DNA of 64,000 bases from positions 288,001 to 352,000 of the forward strand of contig CAVXLD010000003.1 of assembly GCA_963762565.1 (NCBI GenBank), written 5' to 3'. This stretch comes from an uncultured Verrucomicrobiae bacterium (GTDB lineage Bacteria > Verrucomicrobiota > Verrucomicrobiia > Chthoniobacterales > JAFAMB01). This document shows, in pieces, positions 37,119 to 47,999 of the stretch; the stretch's first letter is position 1, and the number at the start of each line of letters is the position of its first letter. The notes under the pieces were generated by a model. The model did no database searches and had not been told where the DNA came from. It worked only from the letters and a program-made list of their open reading frames with translations. The position numbers and the translations under genes were made by a program.

Positions 37119-37146
37119 TAGGAGAGGCGAACGGAGATCTATCGCA

Positions 37147-37533
37147 ATCGTCCTCGTCCTTGAAAAGCATGGTGGGCTGATGCGACGTGCGATCGCCTAG
37201 CGCCTGGAGGGGAGCCGCTTTGGCGTGTCCTAGGTGACCTCGCGATATTTGTTTCGGCGCTCCCTTCGGCCAAAGAATATCGTAACGGGCGGCTCCCGCG
37301 AATAGATCAGTGGTTTGCAGCTTTCTGGTCCGGGCTTAAACGAATCGAAAGTCACGGGTAGAAGCTTCACGCTGGGTTATTCCCGGGAGCCGCCTGTTTT
37401 TACACGCCCTGGCCGACCTAGCATTGCGACGAAATGTGCTAGGGCGGCGAGATACACGCCAAAGCGGCTCCCCTCCAGGCGCTGGGCGAGCATACGTCGC
37501 ATCGGCACACGCGCCACTTTCGAGGACGACTAC
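37147..37533. repeat. REPIN-like palindrome, family B
   Basis: Same four GGGAGCCGC/GCGGCTCCC blocks as 13760-14150. Confidence 0.88.
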
Positions 37534-37686
37534 GATAGAGCTGCGCGTGCGCTCTCCCAGCTCCTAGATTCTAGCTCCTACCTCCTAAACCGATTGCTGA
37601 CACACTGATTACTTCCCGTGCCATTTCGCGGATATGGCCTACCAAGCCGCGCTTGCCATTCGTCGCCGGTGCGTAGACCTTTGGCC

Positions 37687-38181
37687 ATGAATCGTTTGCT
37701 AGCGATTAGCTTTCTGTTCCTATCTACGGCCGGTGCGCCGGCTGTTTTTGCTGCCGGCAGCAGGTCGTTGCCTCAACCGCAACAACAAGTACCGCAAGTG
37801 CCCCAGAAGACCGCGGATGCGGTGACGCCCTACAACGAAGGCGTGGCGTTGATGAACGCCAAAAAATTCGCCGCCGCGCAGGTAAAATTCGAGGCAGCAT
37901 TGAAAGCGAATCCGAACCTGGCTGAAGCGCACAACAATCTCGCCTATTGCCTGCGGAAGCAGAGTCCGGAGAATTTTGCCAGTTCCTTGCAGCACTACAA
38001 CACCGCACTGCGGTTAAATCCAAAGCTAGCCCGAGCCTATGAATATCGCGGTGTGCTCTTTGTAGAAATGGGTAGAAAAGAGGACGCACAAAAGGATCTG
38101 GCCACGTTGAAACAACTGGATCCAAAATTGGCGGTCGCTCTCGAAACCGCGATTAAGGCTGGGAAGGATACGGATTATTAG
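37687..38181 (+). CDS. Secreted tetratricopeptide repeat protein
   Basis: Signal peptide; YNEGVALM..AEAHNNLAYCL..ARAYEYRGVLF TPR units. Confidence 0.85.
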   Translation: MNRLLAISFLFLSTAGAPAVFAAGSRSLPQPQQQVPQVPQKTADAVTPYNEGVALMNAKKFAAAQVKFEAALKANPNLAEAHNNLAYCLRKQSPENFASSLQHYNTALRLNPKLARAYEYRGVLFVEMGRKEDAQKDLATLKQLDPKLAVALETAIKAGKDTDY

Positions 38182-38336
38182 TGAGAAGTGATTGGTGATT
38201 AGTGAGAGCTGCGGCCGTGTCGAGTAAGTCCTATTGATTCTGTAAGCCCTGTTCGCTAGGATCCTTTTCGGGTCTCCCCTGCGCTCGCCGAAGCTTTACC
38301 GCTCCTGCCCACCTATCACCACTCACTAATCACTAA

Positions 38337-40343
38337 TCACTTTTCATCCTCTTCTAGCCCAACAGTCCATCCCGGGAAGCCGGCGGCATCGAAATACAGC
38401 GTGTCACCGGTTTTCTGCAAATAGACCACAGTCTGCTTGCCGTTCTTGGCTGCTGCGGAGGATTTCTTGGTTTTCGTCCATTCAACATTGGGCGGGCCGT
38501 CTACCAACGCTTCTGTCAAGACTCGGCCAGGAAGGTTCCCTTTGTACGGGATTTCGAGTTTTAGAATCGATGCTAGCGTCAACGCGACATCGGTATTTCC
38601 GACGGGCGCTTTATCCTCGAATTGTTTCTTAAAATCGGGACCGCACGCTGCCATATTATTAAATGTATCCGCTCGGTTGAAGCTGCCGTGCATCCCTTGA
38701 CCCTCCTGGAGAGTCGTGTCGCAAACCGTGACGGCGGTCATCATCGGTTTCGTGGGATCGGCAGCGAAACTACGGAAATTGATAACAAGATCCGGTGTAG
38801 GTACTGCAGTAGCGCCCTCCAAGTTGATGTCTTTGAGCAACAACGCACCCGGTACATCTTGGTAGCGCGAATTGACGAATAGACCGCTCACATAATCTTC
38901 AGTGGTCAAGAAGTCGACAATTTGCTTCAGGGTTCCCGCATCGTGATCCGGAAGATAAACGAGATCCGAACCTCCATTGGCCGCCACAATCACCTTTGCC
39001 TCAGCAGGATCGTCAACCGTCCCGGCGCCACCAATGAGTCCGTCACCAGCGACAGGCCGTTCCTCCTCGCCCTCAGGCGGTGTTTCGGATCCGGACCCGC
39101 CGACGACCTTGTAATATGAGAGCTGTCCATGACGATAGAGCGTCTTGTCCGGATCGTACAACGGAAGGTCAAGCGCATGAGCGATGTCGATCGCAACGAA
39201 ACCTGGCGGAAGATATCCTTTCGGAACGCCCTGGTAAGTCCTTTGGCTGGCAAAACTATTGGTAACGGTCGTGCCGGTGGGATCGAGATCGTGCTTAGTG
39301 ATGGTAGAAAACCCGTGATCCGACGTGACAAAGATATCAGTGTCGCGATCCAGGTTCGACATCTTCAAATAGTCAAGGATTTGCCGAAGATTGTTGTCCG
39401 CGTTCTTCACCGCTTTCTTCGAAGTGGGACCATTAATTCCGGGCTGAAGTTGATTCAGGCTGTCGCCTTGAAAATGCTGAGTGCCGTCCGGGTCTCTGGA
39501 CCAGTAAACCACCACGAATGGCTTCCCCTCTAGAGCGAACGTGGGCAAAACAGCGTCCGTCAGGCAATCAACGAAGTATTGCTGTTGCACGAAGTTGGGC
39601 GCAGAGGTTCCCGGTGTCGTACTATTACCTGGGTTCCCGTTATTCTGGTGGCTCTTTGGTTGATTGTTAGATCGGTCTGGAGCAACGCCGCCGAGACCCG
39701 CTTTCGTCAACGCACTCAGTAGTTTCGGGTCGAGCGGAATGCCTCCTGGCTTACCGGTGCTGTCGTCGATAATTACAGTATCAGGGATGGGCACGCCTCC
39801 ATCTTTGGAGGCCCCGGCAGATGCGTCTTGGATTAGCGTCGGTCCGATCTTCCCGATGGCTGCCGTTAGGAAACCGTGCTGGCGCGCGTGGTGCAACAGC
39901 GTTTCCTCGTCCAAATAATTGCCGCCGAAATGATCGTCGATGCAGCCCAACACGGCGTCGTTCTCGATAAACGGGGTCACGGTATAGGGAGTTGTTACCC
40001 CGTTGACCAAGGGAATGGGGAAACCTGGATAGAGGGTATTACTGAAATCGCCGGTATCCCCGAGATAGTGACCGGTCGCGATGGCGGACGCGTTCGGTGT
40101 CGTGAACGTGGGGAATACAGCGTGGCTGTTGGAGAAATTGGTTCCTTCCTGGCGAAGCTGGTACAAGGTAGGCGCATCCTCTGGATTAACTGAGTCGTGC
40201 CGCAGGCCGTCCGCGACAAAAATGATGACGTTCCGGGAGAATGCCGAGTCCGGGAGCCAAAAGGACAGGGCTGCCACTACCAGGATCGAAGTCGACCGAA
40301 AGCGAAGAAGATTACAAAGACGGTTCATAAGCCATGCCTGCAC
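38337..40343 (-). CDS. Alkaline phosphatase superfamily protein (nucleotide pyrophosphatase/phosphodiesterase)
   Basis: IFVADGLR, FPTFTTPN nucleophile Thr, DPDGTQH, TSDHG, GMHG. Confidence 0.88.
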   Translation of the reverse strand: MQAWLMNRLCNLLRFRSTSILVVAALSFWLPDSAFSRNVIIFVADGLRHDSVNPEDAPTLYQLRQEGTNFSNSHAVFPTFTTPNASAIATGHYLGDTGDFSNTLYPGFPIPLVNGVTTPYTVTPFIENDAVLGCIDDHFGGNYLDEETLLHHARQHGFLTAAIGKIGPTLIQDASAGASKDGGVPIPDTVIIDDSTGKPGGIPLDPKLLSALTKAGLGGVAPDRSNNQPKSHQNNGNPGNSTTPGTSAPNFVQQQYFVDCLTDAVLPTFALEGKPFVVVYWSRDPDGTQHFQGDSLNQLQPGINGPTSKKAVKNADNNLRQILDYLKMSNLDRDTDIFVTSDHGFSTITKHDLDPTGTTVTNSFASQRTYQGVPKGYLPPGFVAIDIAHALDLPLYDPDKTLYRHGQLSYYKVVGGSGSETPPEGEEERPVAGDGLIGGAGTVDDPAEAKVIVAANGGSDLVYLPDHDAGTLKQIVDFLTTEDYVSGLFVNSRYQDVPGALLLKDINLEGATAVPTPDLVINFRSFAADPTKPMMTAVTVCDTTLQEGQGMHGSFNRADTFNNMAACGPDFKKQFEDKAPVGNTDVALTLASILKLEIPYKGNLPGRVLTEALVDGPPNVEWTKTKKSSAAAKNGKQTVVYLQKTGDTLYFDAAGFPGWTVGLEEDEK

Positions 40344-40390
40344 GAGGCACTACTTTATCCGGATCTGGGAACCCAACCTTTTCGAAGTCG

Positions 40391-41407
<1,017 letters not shown>

Positions 41408-41464
41408 ATACGGGAGATAGGTAAAGGTGAAAGTTGAAAAGTGAAAGGTGAAAAGGCTCGAAGC

Positions 41465-41861
41465 TCGTTCTCGTCGTCCTCGTCACCGATAGGGCGGTGA
41501 ATCTCCCTAAAATGTGTGATCGCCCAACGTCTGGAGGGGAGCCGCTTTGGTGCGTATCTCGCCACCCTCGCGATGTTCGCCTCAAAATTAGGCCGATCTG
41601 AACGTGTGAAAACAAGCGGCTCCCGGGAACTACCCAGCGATTTGCAGCTCTGGACGGCTGGGTCTAAACGCATCGGACGCGATCAGTTGAACACCTCACG
41701 CTGGGTAATCCGCGGGAGCCGCCTGTTACCACATTCTTTGTCCAAATCGGGCGGCAGAAGAAATAGCGCGAGGTCGTGAATGACGCGCCAAAGCGGCTCC
41801 CCTCCAGGCGTTGGGAACAAACACACCTTTATCGGCGTGCTTGCCTTTTCGAGGACGAGGA
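41465..41861. repeat. REPIN-like palindrome, family B
   Basis: TGGAGGGGAGCCGCTTTGG...CCAAAGCGGCTCCCCTCCA with outer TCGTCCTCG/GAGGACGAG arms. Confidence 0.88.
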
Positions 41862-41905
41862 CACCCGGCCGTACCGGGTGCCTATCATGATATACAGGCA
41901 GCCCA

Positions 41906-42820
41906 TCACGCCTTCAGCTTCGTTGCCGATGGCAATTTCTGCTTCAGTGAAAGGACGGGAGCAAAAATATCGCCCTGCTTTTCAGTGCGAACGAGGACCT
42001 CCGCCGAAGTGAAGCTCAGCGGTTCACCGTTGCGGGCACATTGCCCCACTTCCTCCCAGAAGACCGGCGCCGATGCAGTTGGTTGTTCCTTAGCGCGCAA
42101 TGAGTAGACCGTGATAGTCGTTTTGTGGTCGTCGTTCTGGCTCCAGTCGATAAAGACTTTTCCCTGGCGAGAGCTCTTTTTCATGTTGGAGACAACGTCA
42201 CCAGGATGCTCCTCCTCTAATAGCCCGGCCAGAGTGCGGGCAAAGGTTTTGGTTTTTTCGTAAGTCGTCGGTGTATTCAACGGCACATAGACTTGCAACC
42301 CCTTAGAACCCGAGGTCTTGGCAAACGATTGCAGATCGAGTTCATCAAAGATGCTTTTAAGGCGCAGGGCTACCTCACAGCACAGGACAATGTCGGCCGG
42401 AGGACCGGGATCCAAGTCAAAAGCCATCATGGTTGGGCGATCCTCCAATGGCGCCCGATGCAAAAAAGTGTGTAGCTCTAAATCGGCGAGGTTTGCCGCC
42501 CAGACCAGCGAAGGCAAACTGTTAAGCATACAGTAGTTGATGTGAGCGCCCGACCCCTTTGCCACCTTGGTTGTTTCGATCCATTTCGGCCGGTGGGAAG
42601 GTGCCTCTTTTTCGTAAAAGTATTCGCCCTCGACACCATCGGGGTACCGTTTCATCGTGATCGCGCGATCCTTCAGATGGGGCAGCAGATACGGTGCAAC
42701 CTGGACGTAATAGTGAATCATATCGGCTTTGGTAAAGCCGGCCGCCGGATAGAAAACTTTATCCAGGTTGGTCAGCGAGAGCTTGCGCCCGTCGACCTCG
42801 ACTAAGGTTTTGTTTGCCAT
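41906..42820 (-). CDS. ligD: Stand-alone LigD polymerase (primase) domain
   Basis: LTNLDKVFYP, KRYPDGV, FDLDP, KTSGSKGLQVY, VFIDWSQN, YSLRA. Confidence 0.92.
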   Translation of the reverse strand: MANKTLVEVDGRKLSLTNLDKVFYPAAGFTKADMIHYYVQVAPYLLPHLKDRAITMKRYPDGVEGEYFYEKEAPSHRPKWIETTKVAKGSGAHINYCMLNSLPSLVWAANLADLELHTFLHRAPLEDRPTMMAFDLDPGPPADIVLCCEVALRLKSIFDELDLQSFAKTSGSKGLQVYVPLNTPTTYEKTKTFARTLAGLLEEEHPGDVVSNMKKSSRQGKVFIDWSQNDDHKTTITVYSLRAKEQPTASAPVFWEEVGQCARNGEPLSFTSAEVLVRTEKQGDIFAPVLSLKQKLPSATKLKA

Positions 42821-42823
42821 GTG

Positions 42824-44398
42824 TTATTCCCGTACGACTTCGTGGGCTTCTTTATCGGTTCGGAGGCCTAGGAAGACCGGTTGCCTTAGCTTATCGTCCT
42901 GGGTCCATTCGCTGAATTTCACTTGGCAGACGAGCTTCGGGTTAACCCAATGGCAACGGAGCATTTCAGCCGGCGTTATCGCCTGACCCCAGCGTTGGTT
43001 CCGTTTTTCAGGCAGATTAACAAAGGGGCAATCGTCACGAGCGAGTTGCTCAAATTGATGATGCAGTTCTTTAAGACTCTTCTCGGAGAATCCGCTGCCG
43101 ACTTTGGCGGCGAAGTGAAGCTGTTTGCCCACGAAATAGCCAACGATTACGGCACCAAAATACTTCCGACCTCCGCCCGGAGGTGTGTAACCGCCAATCA
43201 CGAATTCCTGGTCCGAAACCAGCTTAAGCTTGATCCAGGTACCGGTTCTTTTGCCGCTTTCGTACTGGGAACCAACTTGCTTTCCGAGCAATCCCTCCAA
43301 GCCGAATGACCTGGCTTTCTCCAACAACTCTTCCAAGTCGACGTCGAATGGAACGGAATAGCGGAGCGTTTCGGGGCCATCTTCCACCAGCTCTTTCAGA
43401 AGTGCTTTTCGTTCCGAGAGCGGTCGTGCCCGCAAATCTTCCCCGTCCAATTGCAATAGATCAAAGACGTAATAAAAAAGGGGAGGCCGTTCCTCGCCTT
43501 TCTCAAAAGCCTGCAGGTGTTGGAAAGATGGGCGGCCGGAATCGTCTAGCGCAACAATCTCGCCGTCCAGAATGGCGTCACGGCAGTCCAATTCGGCGAC
43601 GGCGTCCACCACTGGATAAAACTTTTTTCCCAAATCCTTTTCGTTTCGCGACAACAAACGAACCTCGCCGCCGCCTTTCAAAGCCAGGGCTCTGTAACCA
43701 TCAAACTTGAGCTCATATGACCAGTCGCCGGGGGGCGGCTTTGAAACGGGCTTCGCCTGCATTGGTTCCACAAACTTGGGCATGACCACCGGGCCGCTCA
43801 ACAAACGTCGTTTTTTCTTATTCCGTGCCGGTCGCGACTCCCAGGTCGCGTCCGTCTGGGCAATCTCTGCCATGGTTTTGTTTGAAAGCGCCGAGGTGTC
43901 GTCCAGTTCTTTTGAGATCGGTTTTGCGTCAGAACCGGCCTTGATCAGGAGCCATTGATTTTCTTCCGATTTCAAACGTACCAAGCCCCATTCGCCCTCC
44001 AGTTTTTTGCCATGTAGAACGATATGTAGCTGGCCGCTCTCCAAGGTTTTGGCCGGATACCGTTCTGAGAATTCGTAGGTGCCGAAGTCCCAAACCATGA
44101 CTGTCCCGCCACCGTACTGGCCTTTTGGGATTGTTCCCTCGAAGTCAGCATAGGCGAGGGGATGGTCTTCCACATGTACGGCAAGCCGTTTCTCACCTTT
44201 TATCAGAGGAATCCCTTTCGGCACGGCCCAGGACTTCAAGGTTCCGTCCATCTCCAGCCTGAAATCGTAGTGAAGGCGGGTAGCGGCATGCTTCTGAATC
44301 ACAAACCGGGATTTAGTCGACTTTTTAGCCCGGCTGCGGTCAGTTGGTTCCGCTGTTTGCTCGAAATTCCGTTTTCTTGCGTATTCCCGCAGAGACAT
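42824..44398 (-). CDS. ligD: LigD phosphoesterase plus ATP-dependent ligase domains
   Basis: QKHAATRLHYDFRLE...SWAVPKG (PE domain); ELKFDGYR, LDGEIV, FDLL, EGLLGK, WIKLK, LRQPVFLGLR (ligase). Confidence 0.92.
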   Translation of the reverse strand: MSLREYARKRNFEQTAEPTDRSRAKKSTKSRFVIQKHAATRLHYDFRLEMDGTLKSWAVPKGIPLIKGEKRLAVHVEDHPLAYADFEGTIPKGQYGGGTVMVWDFGTYEFSERYPAKTLESGQLHIVLHGKKLEGEWGLVRLKSEENQWLLIKAGSDAKPISKELDDTSALSNKTMAEIAQTDATWESRPARNKKKRRLLSGPVVMPKFVEPMQAKPVSKPPPGDWSYELKFDGYRALALKGGGEVRLLSRNEKDLGKKFYPVVDAVAELDCRDAILDGEIVALDDSGRPSFQHLQAFEKGEERPPLFYYVFDLLQLDGEDLRARPLSERKALLKELVEDGPETLRYSVPFDVDLEELLEKARSFGLEGLLGKQVGSQYESGKRTGTWIKLKLVSDQEFVIGGYTPPGGGRKYFGAVIVGYFVGKQLHFAAKVGSGFSEKSLKELHHQFEQLARDDCPFVNLPEKRNQRWGQAITPAEMLRCHWVNPKLVCQVKFSEWTQDDKLRQPVFLGLRTDKEAHEVVRE

Positions 44399-44523
44399 AA
44401 CCGACAATAGCAAATCGCAAATAGAAAATAGCAAAGGGCTGGCATTACGCCAGTTGGTACAATCGCCGGGCGCCGGCGATTTCTCAATTTGCTATTTGCT
44501 ATCTACTATTTGCTATTCCCTCT

Positions 44524-45468
44524 GTGAAGCTTTTCTACCTGAATCCCACTTATCCGGAACTCGATCTGGAGGAAACTGTACTAAAAGGAACCGGGATTGA
44601 GCTTGTCCGGTTCAAGGCCCACAGCGACGCAGACATCGCATCGGTGAGCGACCAGATTGATGCGATTCTGACCGACACGACGCCAATCACGCGAGAAACG
44701 GTAAGCTACCTAACACGCTGCAGGATTGTGGTTCGGCTTGGGGTCGGTTTTGACGTCGTCGATGGGGTTGCTTGTCGGGAACGGAGTATTGTGGTCTGCA
44801 ACGTTCCGGATTACGGCGTTGAGGAAGTGGCCAACCATGCTGTGGCGTTACTCTTTGCCGTCCATCGCCGAATCCTTTCTTACGACCGGAAGGTCAGACA
44901 AAAGGGATGGGGGTATCAAACGGAGTGGCCGATCCGCCGCCTCAGTAAACAGAAGGTTGGTGTCGTCGGGATTGGCCGGATCGGCGCCCAATTTGCTGCC
45001 AGGATCAAGCCATTCGTTCGCGAGGTGGCTGCCTATGATCCGGGGCTAACCCCGGACCAGATCGAGAAACGCGGAGCAAATCCCCAGGATTTGCGGCCTC
45101 TTCTTGAGACAGCCGATTTGATCAGTTTGCATCTCCCGCTCAGCGAAAAGACGCATCATCTTATTAATAAAGAAACCATCGGCTGGATGCAACGTCACCC
45201 GATTTTGGTCAACGTCAGTCGCGGAGGCCTAATCGATAGTGCCGCTCTGGCAGCGGGTTTGCGCGAGCGAAAGTTGTCGGGAGCGGGTCTGGACGTATTT
45301 GAACATGAGCCCGCTGTTCCCCCAGAGTATTTCGATTTGCCCGGGGTAGTGCTGAGCCCGCACATCGCCTGGTATTCTGAGGAATCGAGCGAACAATTGC
45401 GCGCTAGCGCGGTTCGCACGATTGCCGATTATCTCACGGGCAAGCCGGCGGTGAACGTGGTGAATTAG
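44524..45468 (+). CDS. D-isomer-specific 2-hydroxyacid dehydrogenase (CtBP-like)
   Basis: RLGVGFDVVD, NVPDY, GIGRIG, NVSRG, LDVFEHEP, SPHIAWYS. Confidence 0.92.
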   Translation: MKLFYLNPTYPELDLEETVLKGTGIELVRFKAHSDADIASVSDQIDAILTDTTPITRETVSYLTRCRIVVRLGVGFDVVDGVACRERSIVVCNVPDYGVEEVANHAVALLFAVHRRILSYDRKVRQKGWGYQTEWPIRRLSKQKVGVVGIGRIGAQFAARIKPFVREVAAYDPGLTPDQIEKRGANPQDLRPLLETADLISLHLPLSEKTHHLINKETIGWMQRHPILVNVSRGGLIDSAALAAGLRERKLSGAGLDVFEHEPAVPPEYFDLPGVVLSPHIAWYSEESSEQLRASAVRTIADYLTGKPAVNVVN

Positions 45469-45619
45469 GTGGGCGAAAAATCGTGCTGAGAGGTGGCCCG
45501 GAAGTAATCAGTAAAACAGTAATCAGTTAGGGCGCGTTTGGGAATAGAGCCCTCAGGCGAGGCATCAAGTTACTGATTAGTGTCACACTGATTTACTGAT
45601 TACTTTGGTGCCACCCCAA

Positions 45620-46519
45620 ATGAAGTACCTCGCGTTTACCTGGGTTTTCCTCTGTTTCGCTGCGGCCATTCCTGCTTCCGGTCAGAATACCAGCCTGCAG
45701 ATCGCCGGCTCGCAAATCGACGTCGTCTTCGATTCGCCGATATCCGACGCTCTCCGCCAGCTTGTTCTCGACAGGATCAAACTGTCGGCGAAAGCGATCG
45801 TTAACTATTACGGTCGCTATCCGGTGCAAAAGGTGCGGATCGATGTCTCTCCGCATTTCGGGAAAGGAGTGAGCGGCGGCCATGCTTCTGGCTGGGACGG
45901 AGCCCGTATCAGGCTTGGTGTCGGTAAGGAGAGTACGGCTGCTGATTTTGCCGAAGACTGGGTAACGACCCATGAGATGGTGCATTTGGCATTTCCAAGC
46001 CAGGAAGAGGAGCATCACTGGATTGAGGAAGGGCAGGCGGTCTATATTGAGCCGATCGCCAGGACTCGCATCGGTGAATTGACCCCGGAGAAAGTATGGG
46101 GCGATATGGTTCGAGATATGCCTCAAGGGCAACCGGCCGCAGGAGATCGCGGTCTGGACTATACCCATACCTGGGGACGTACTTATTGGGGAGGCGCGAT
46201 CTTTTGTCTGTTAGCGGACGTTCAGATTCGAGAACGGACCCATAACCGGAAGGGGTTGGAAGATGCCCTCCGCGCGGTGTTAGCAGAAGGTAACATCGAG
46301 TCGGAATGGCCCCTCGAACGCGCCATTGCCATTGGGGATAAGGCGACTGGCGTTCCAGTCTTACACGATCTGTACGAACAAATGAAGGCCACGCCAGTTA
46401 CCGTCGACCTCGACGGCCTGTGGAAGGAGCTCGGTGTGAATCAGCAGAACGGCCATATCGTTTTTGATGATAACGCGCCGTTGGCCGCAGTGCGACGCGC
46501 TATAACGGCGCGTCAGTGA
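45620..46519 (+). CDS. Secreted gluzincin-like metallopeptidase
   Basis: Signal peptide; HEMVH (HExxH) followed by WIEEGQAVY. Confidence 0.7.
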   Translation: MKYLAFTWVFLCFAAAIPASGQNTSLQIAGSQIDVVFDSPISDALRQLVLDRIKLSAKAIVNYYGRYPVQKVRIDVSPHFGKGVSGGHASGWDGARIRLGVGKESTAADFAEDWVTTHEMVHLAFPSQEEEHHWIEEGQAVYIEPIARTRIGELTPEKVWGDMVRDMPQGQPAAGDRGLDYTHTWGRTYWGGAIFCLLADVQIRERTHNRKGLEDALRAVLAEGNIESEWPLERAIAIGDKATGVPVLHDLYEQMKATPVTVDLDGLWKELGVNQQNGHIVFDDNAPLAAVRRAITARQ

Positions 46520-46608
46520 AACGTGATTAGTGATTGGTGATTGGTTGATGGGGCGAGGCTCCCGAATCGCCGAAAATGCTTCGCGAAGGGCACGGCTCGG
46601 TGAGCGGG

Positions 46609-46849
46609 GACACCCGTGGAGCGCGCCTTGCTGGCGAGGCCGACGGTAAGCAAGGTGGTTGGTGTGACCCGCCTATCATTTGTCGGCGCTATTTAGTCCG
46701 TGGAGCGGCAGATATCCGAAATCGAGCGCTGAAAGCAAACGCGCTTACACCACGATACTCCCTTGCTCACCATCGGCCTCGCAAGCGAGGCGCGCTCCAC
46801 GGGTGGCGACCCCTTTCGGCCTCGCAAGCGAGGCGCGCTCCACGGGTGT
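46609..46849. repeat. REPIN-like palindrome, family E, with duplicated right arm
   Basis: CCCGTGGAGCGCGCC..GCGAGGCCG ... CGGCCTCGCAAGCGAGGCGCGCTCCACGGG twice; a family A fragment precedes it at about 46550. Confidence 0.8.
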
Positions 46850-46857
46850 CACTTCTT

Positions 46858-47661
46858 TCACTTAATCCCCACTCGGATACGGTAACACCAGAACCATCGC
46901 GTGGTCCGATTACCTAAGCGTTGCTGCACGGTTTCCCGCAAGCGATCCAGGCCGATGTTGGCCTCGGTATACCCGTGTTTAAGCAAATCCGCGATGCTTC
47001 CCTGGCTCCTCACCAAACCGACGAAACGATCGCTGTCACCGGAATCCGTATTCAGACAGGCCAAATCTCGGGTGTACCGAAAATGGCCGCTCTTTTTGAT
47101 CTGTTCCAGATGCTGATTCTTGGGCCACTTTTTGGCTTTGCTGATCCCGGTTTCGGCCAACAATTCGTCCGCGTGTCGATGACACTGGGTAAAAGCGGCG
47201 TCTGCAACCGGATCACATACCGGAGGCCAATCGCAGTCGTAGGCGGCAAAGACTCCGCCGGGACGTAGGACCCGGGCGATTTCGGCCAAAGTAATTACTG
47301 GATCCATCCAATGAAACGATTGCGAAGCGGTAACGATATCGACGCTCTGCTCCGCCAGACCGGTTTGATGGGCTTCTGCGCCCACGAATTGAGCATGGGT
47401 CTCTGAATGTGCCCATTCCGGCCGTTGCGCTGCCACCGCCCGCATATCAGGTGAGGGCTCGATCCCAGTAATCGATTTTGTCCGATCCATCCAGATCAGA
47501 GTTGAGAGCCCGGTGCCGCAACCCAGATCAACGACATGATCGGCGCGATTCATTCCGGCCAATTGCAGCAAAAGGTCAGCGATGATCTCCGGCGGCTTTG
47601 GCCGGTATTGGTCGTAGATGTCGGCGAATCCGGTGAAGCGAAGAACGTTTGGATTTTCCAT
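46858..47661 (-). CDS. Class I SAM-dependent methyltransferase
   Basis: YDQYRP, VDLGCGTG, GIEPS, ASQSFHW, RVLRPGG. Confidence 0.92.
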   Translation of the reverse strand: MENPNVLRFTGFADIYDQYRPKPPEIIADLLLQLAGMNRADHVVDLGCGTGLSTLIWMDRTKSITGIEPSPDMRAVAAQRPEWAHSETHAQFVGAEAHQTGLAEQSVDIVTASQSFHWMDPVITLAEIARVLRPGGVFAAYDCDWPPVCDPVADAAFTQCHRHADELLAETGISKAKKWPKNQHLEQIKKSGHFRYTRDLACLNTDSGDSDRFVGLVRSQGSIADLLKHGYTEANIGLDRLRETVQQRLGNRTTRWFWCYRIRVGIK

Positions 47662-47669
47662 AGCGGGGG

Positions 47670-47975
47670 TAGCAGTAAGCAGTAAGCAGTGTGAGGAGCT
47701 AGAATCTAGTAGGTAATCAGGAGCCAGAAGATAGAAGCTAGGAGCTAGGAGCTAGGAGCTAGGAGCTAGGAGCTAGGATAATCTAGGAGCTAGAATCTAG
47801 GAGCTAGGAGAGTACGAGCGTGACCTCATTAGTCCCATTAGTCGCATAAGTCCTATCCAACCGCAGCGCCCACGGATTTCACGTGCGCGCACATGTCAAT
47901 GTACCCATATGCCTCTTACTAGCTCCTAGATTCTAGCTCCTAGCTCGTCACACTGCTTACTGCTTACTGACTACT
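47670..47975. repeat. Nested inverted heptamer arrays
   Basis: (AGTAAGC)n then (GGAGCTA)n ... (TAGCTCC)n then (GCTTACT)n. Confidence 0.85.
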
Positions 47976-47999
47976 CTCGCACCACTTCGCTGGTATTCG

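Noticed and set aside
47730..47810. Tandem GGAGCTA array as a possible CRISPR
   Set aside because: 7-bp units are contiguous with no unique spacers, and there are no cas genes
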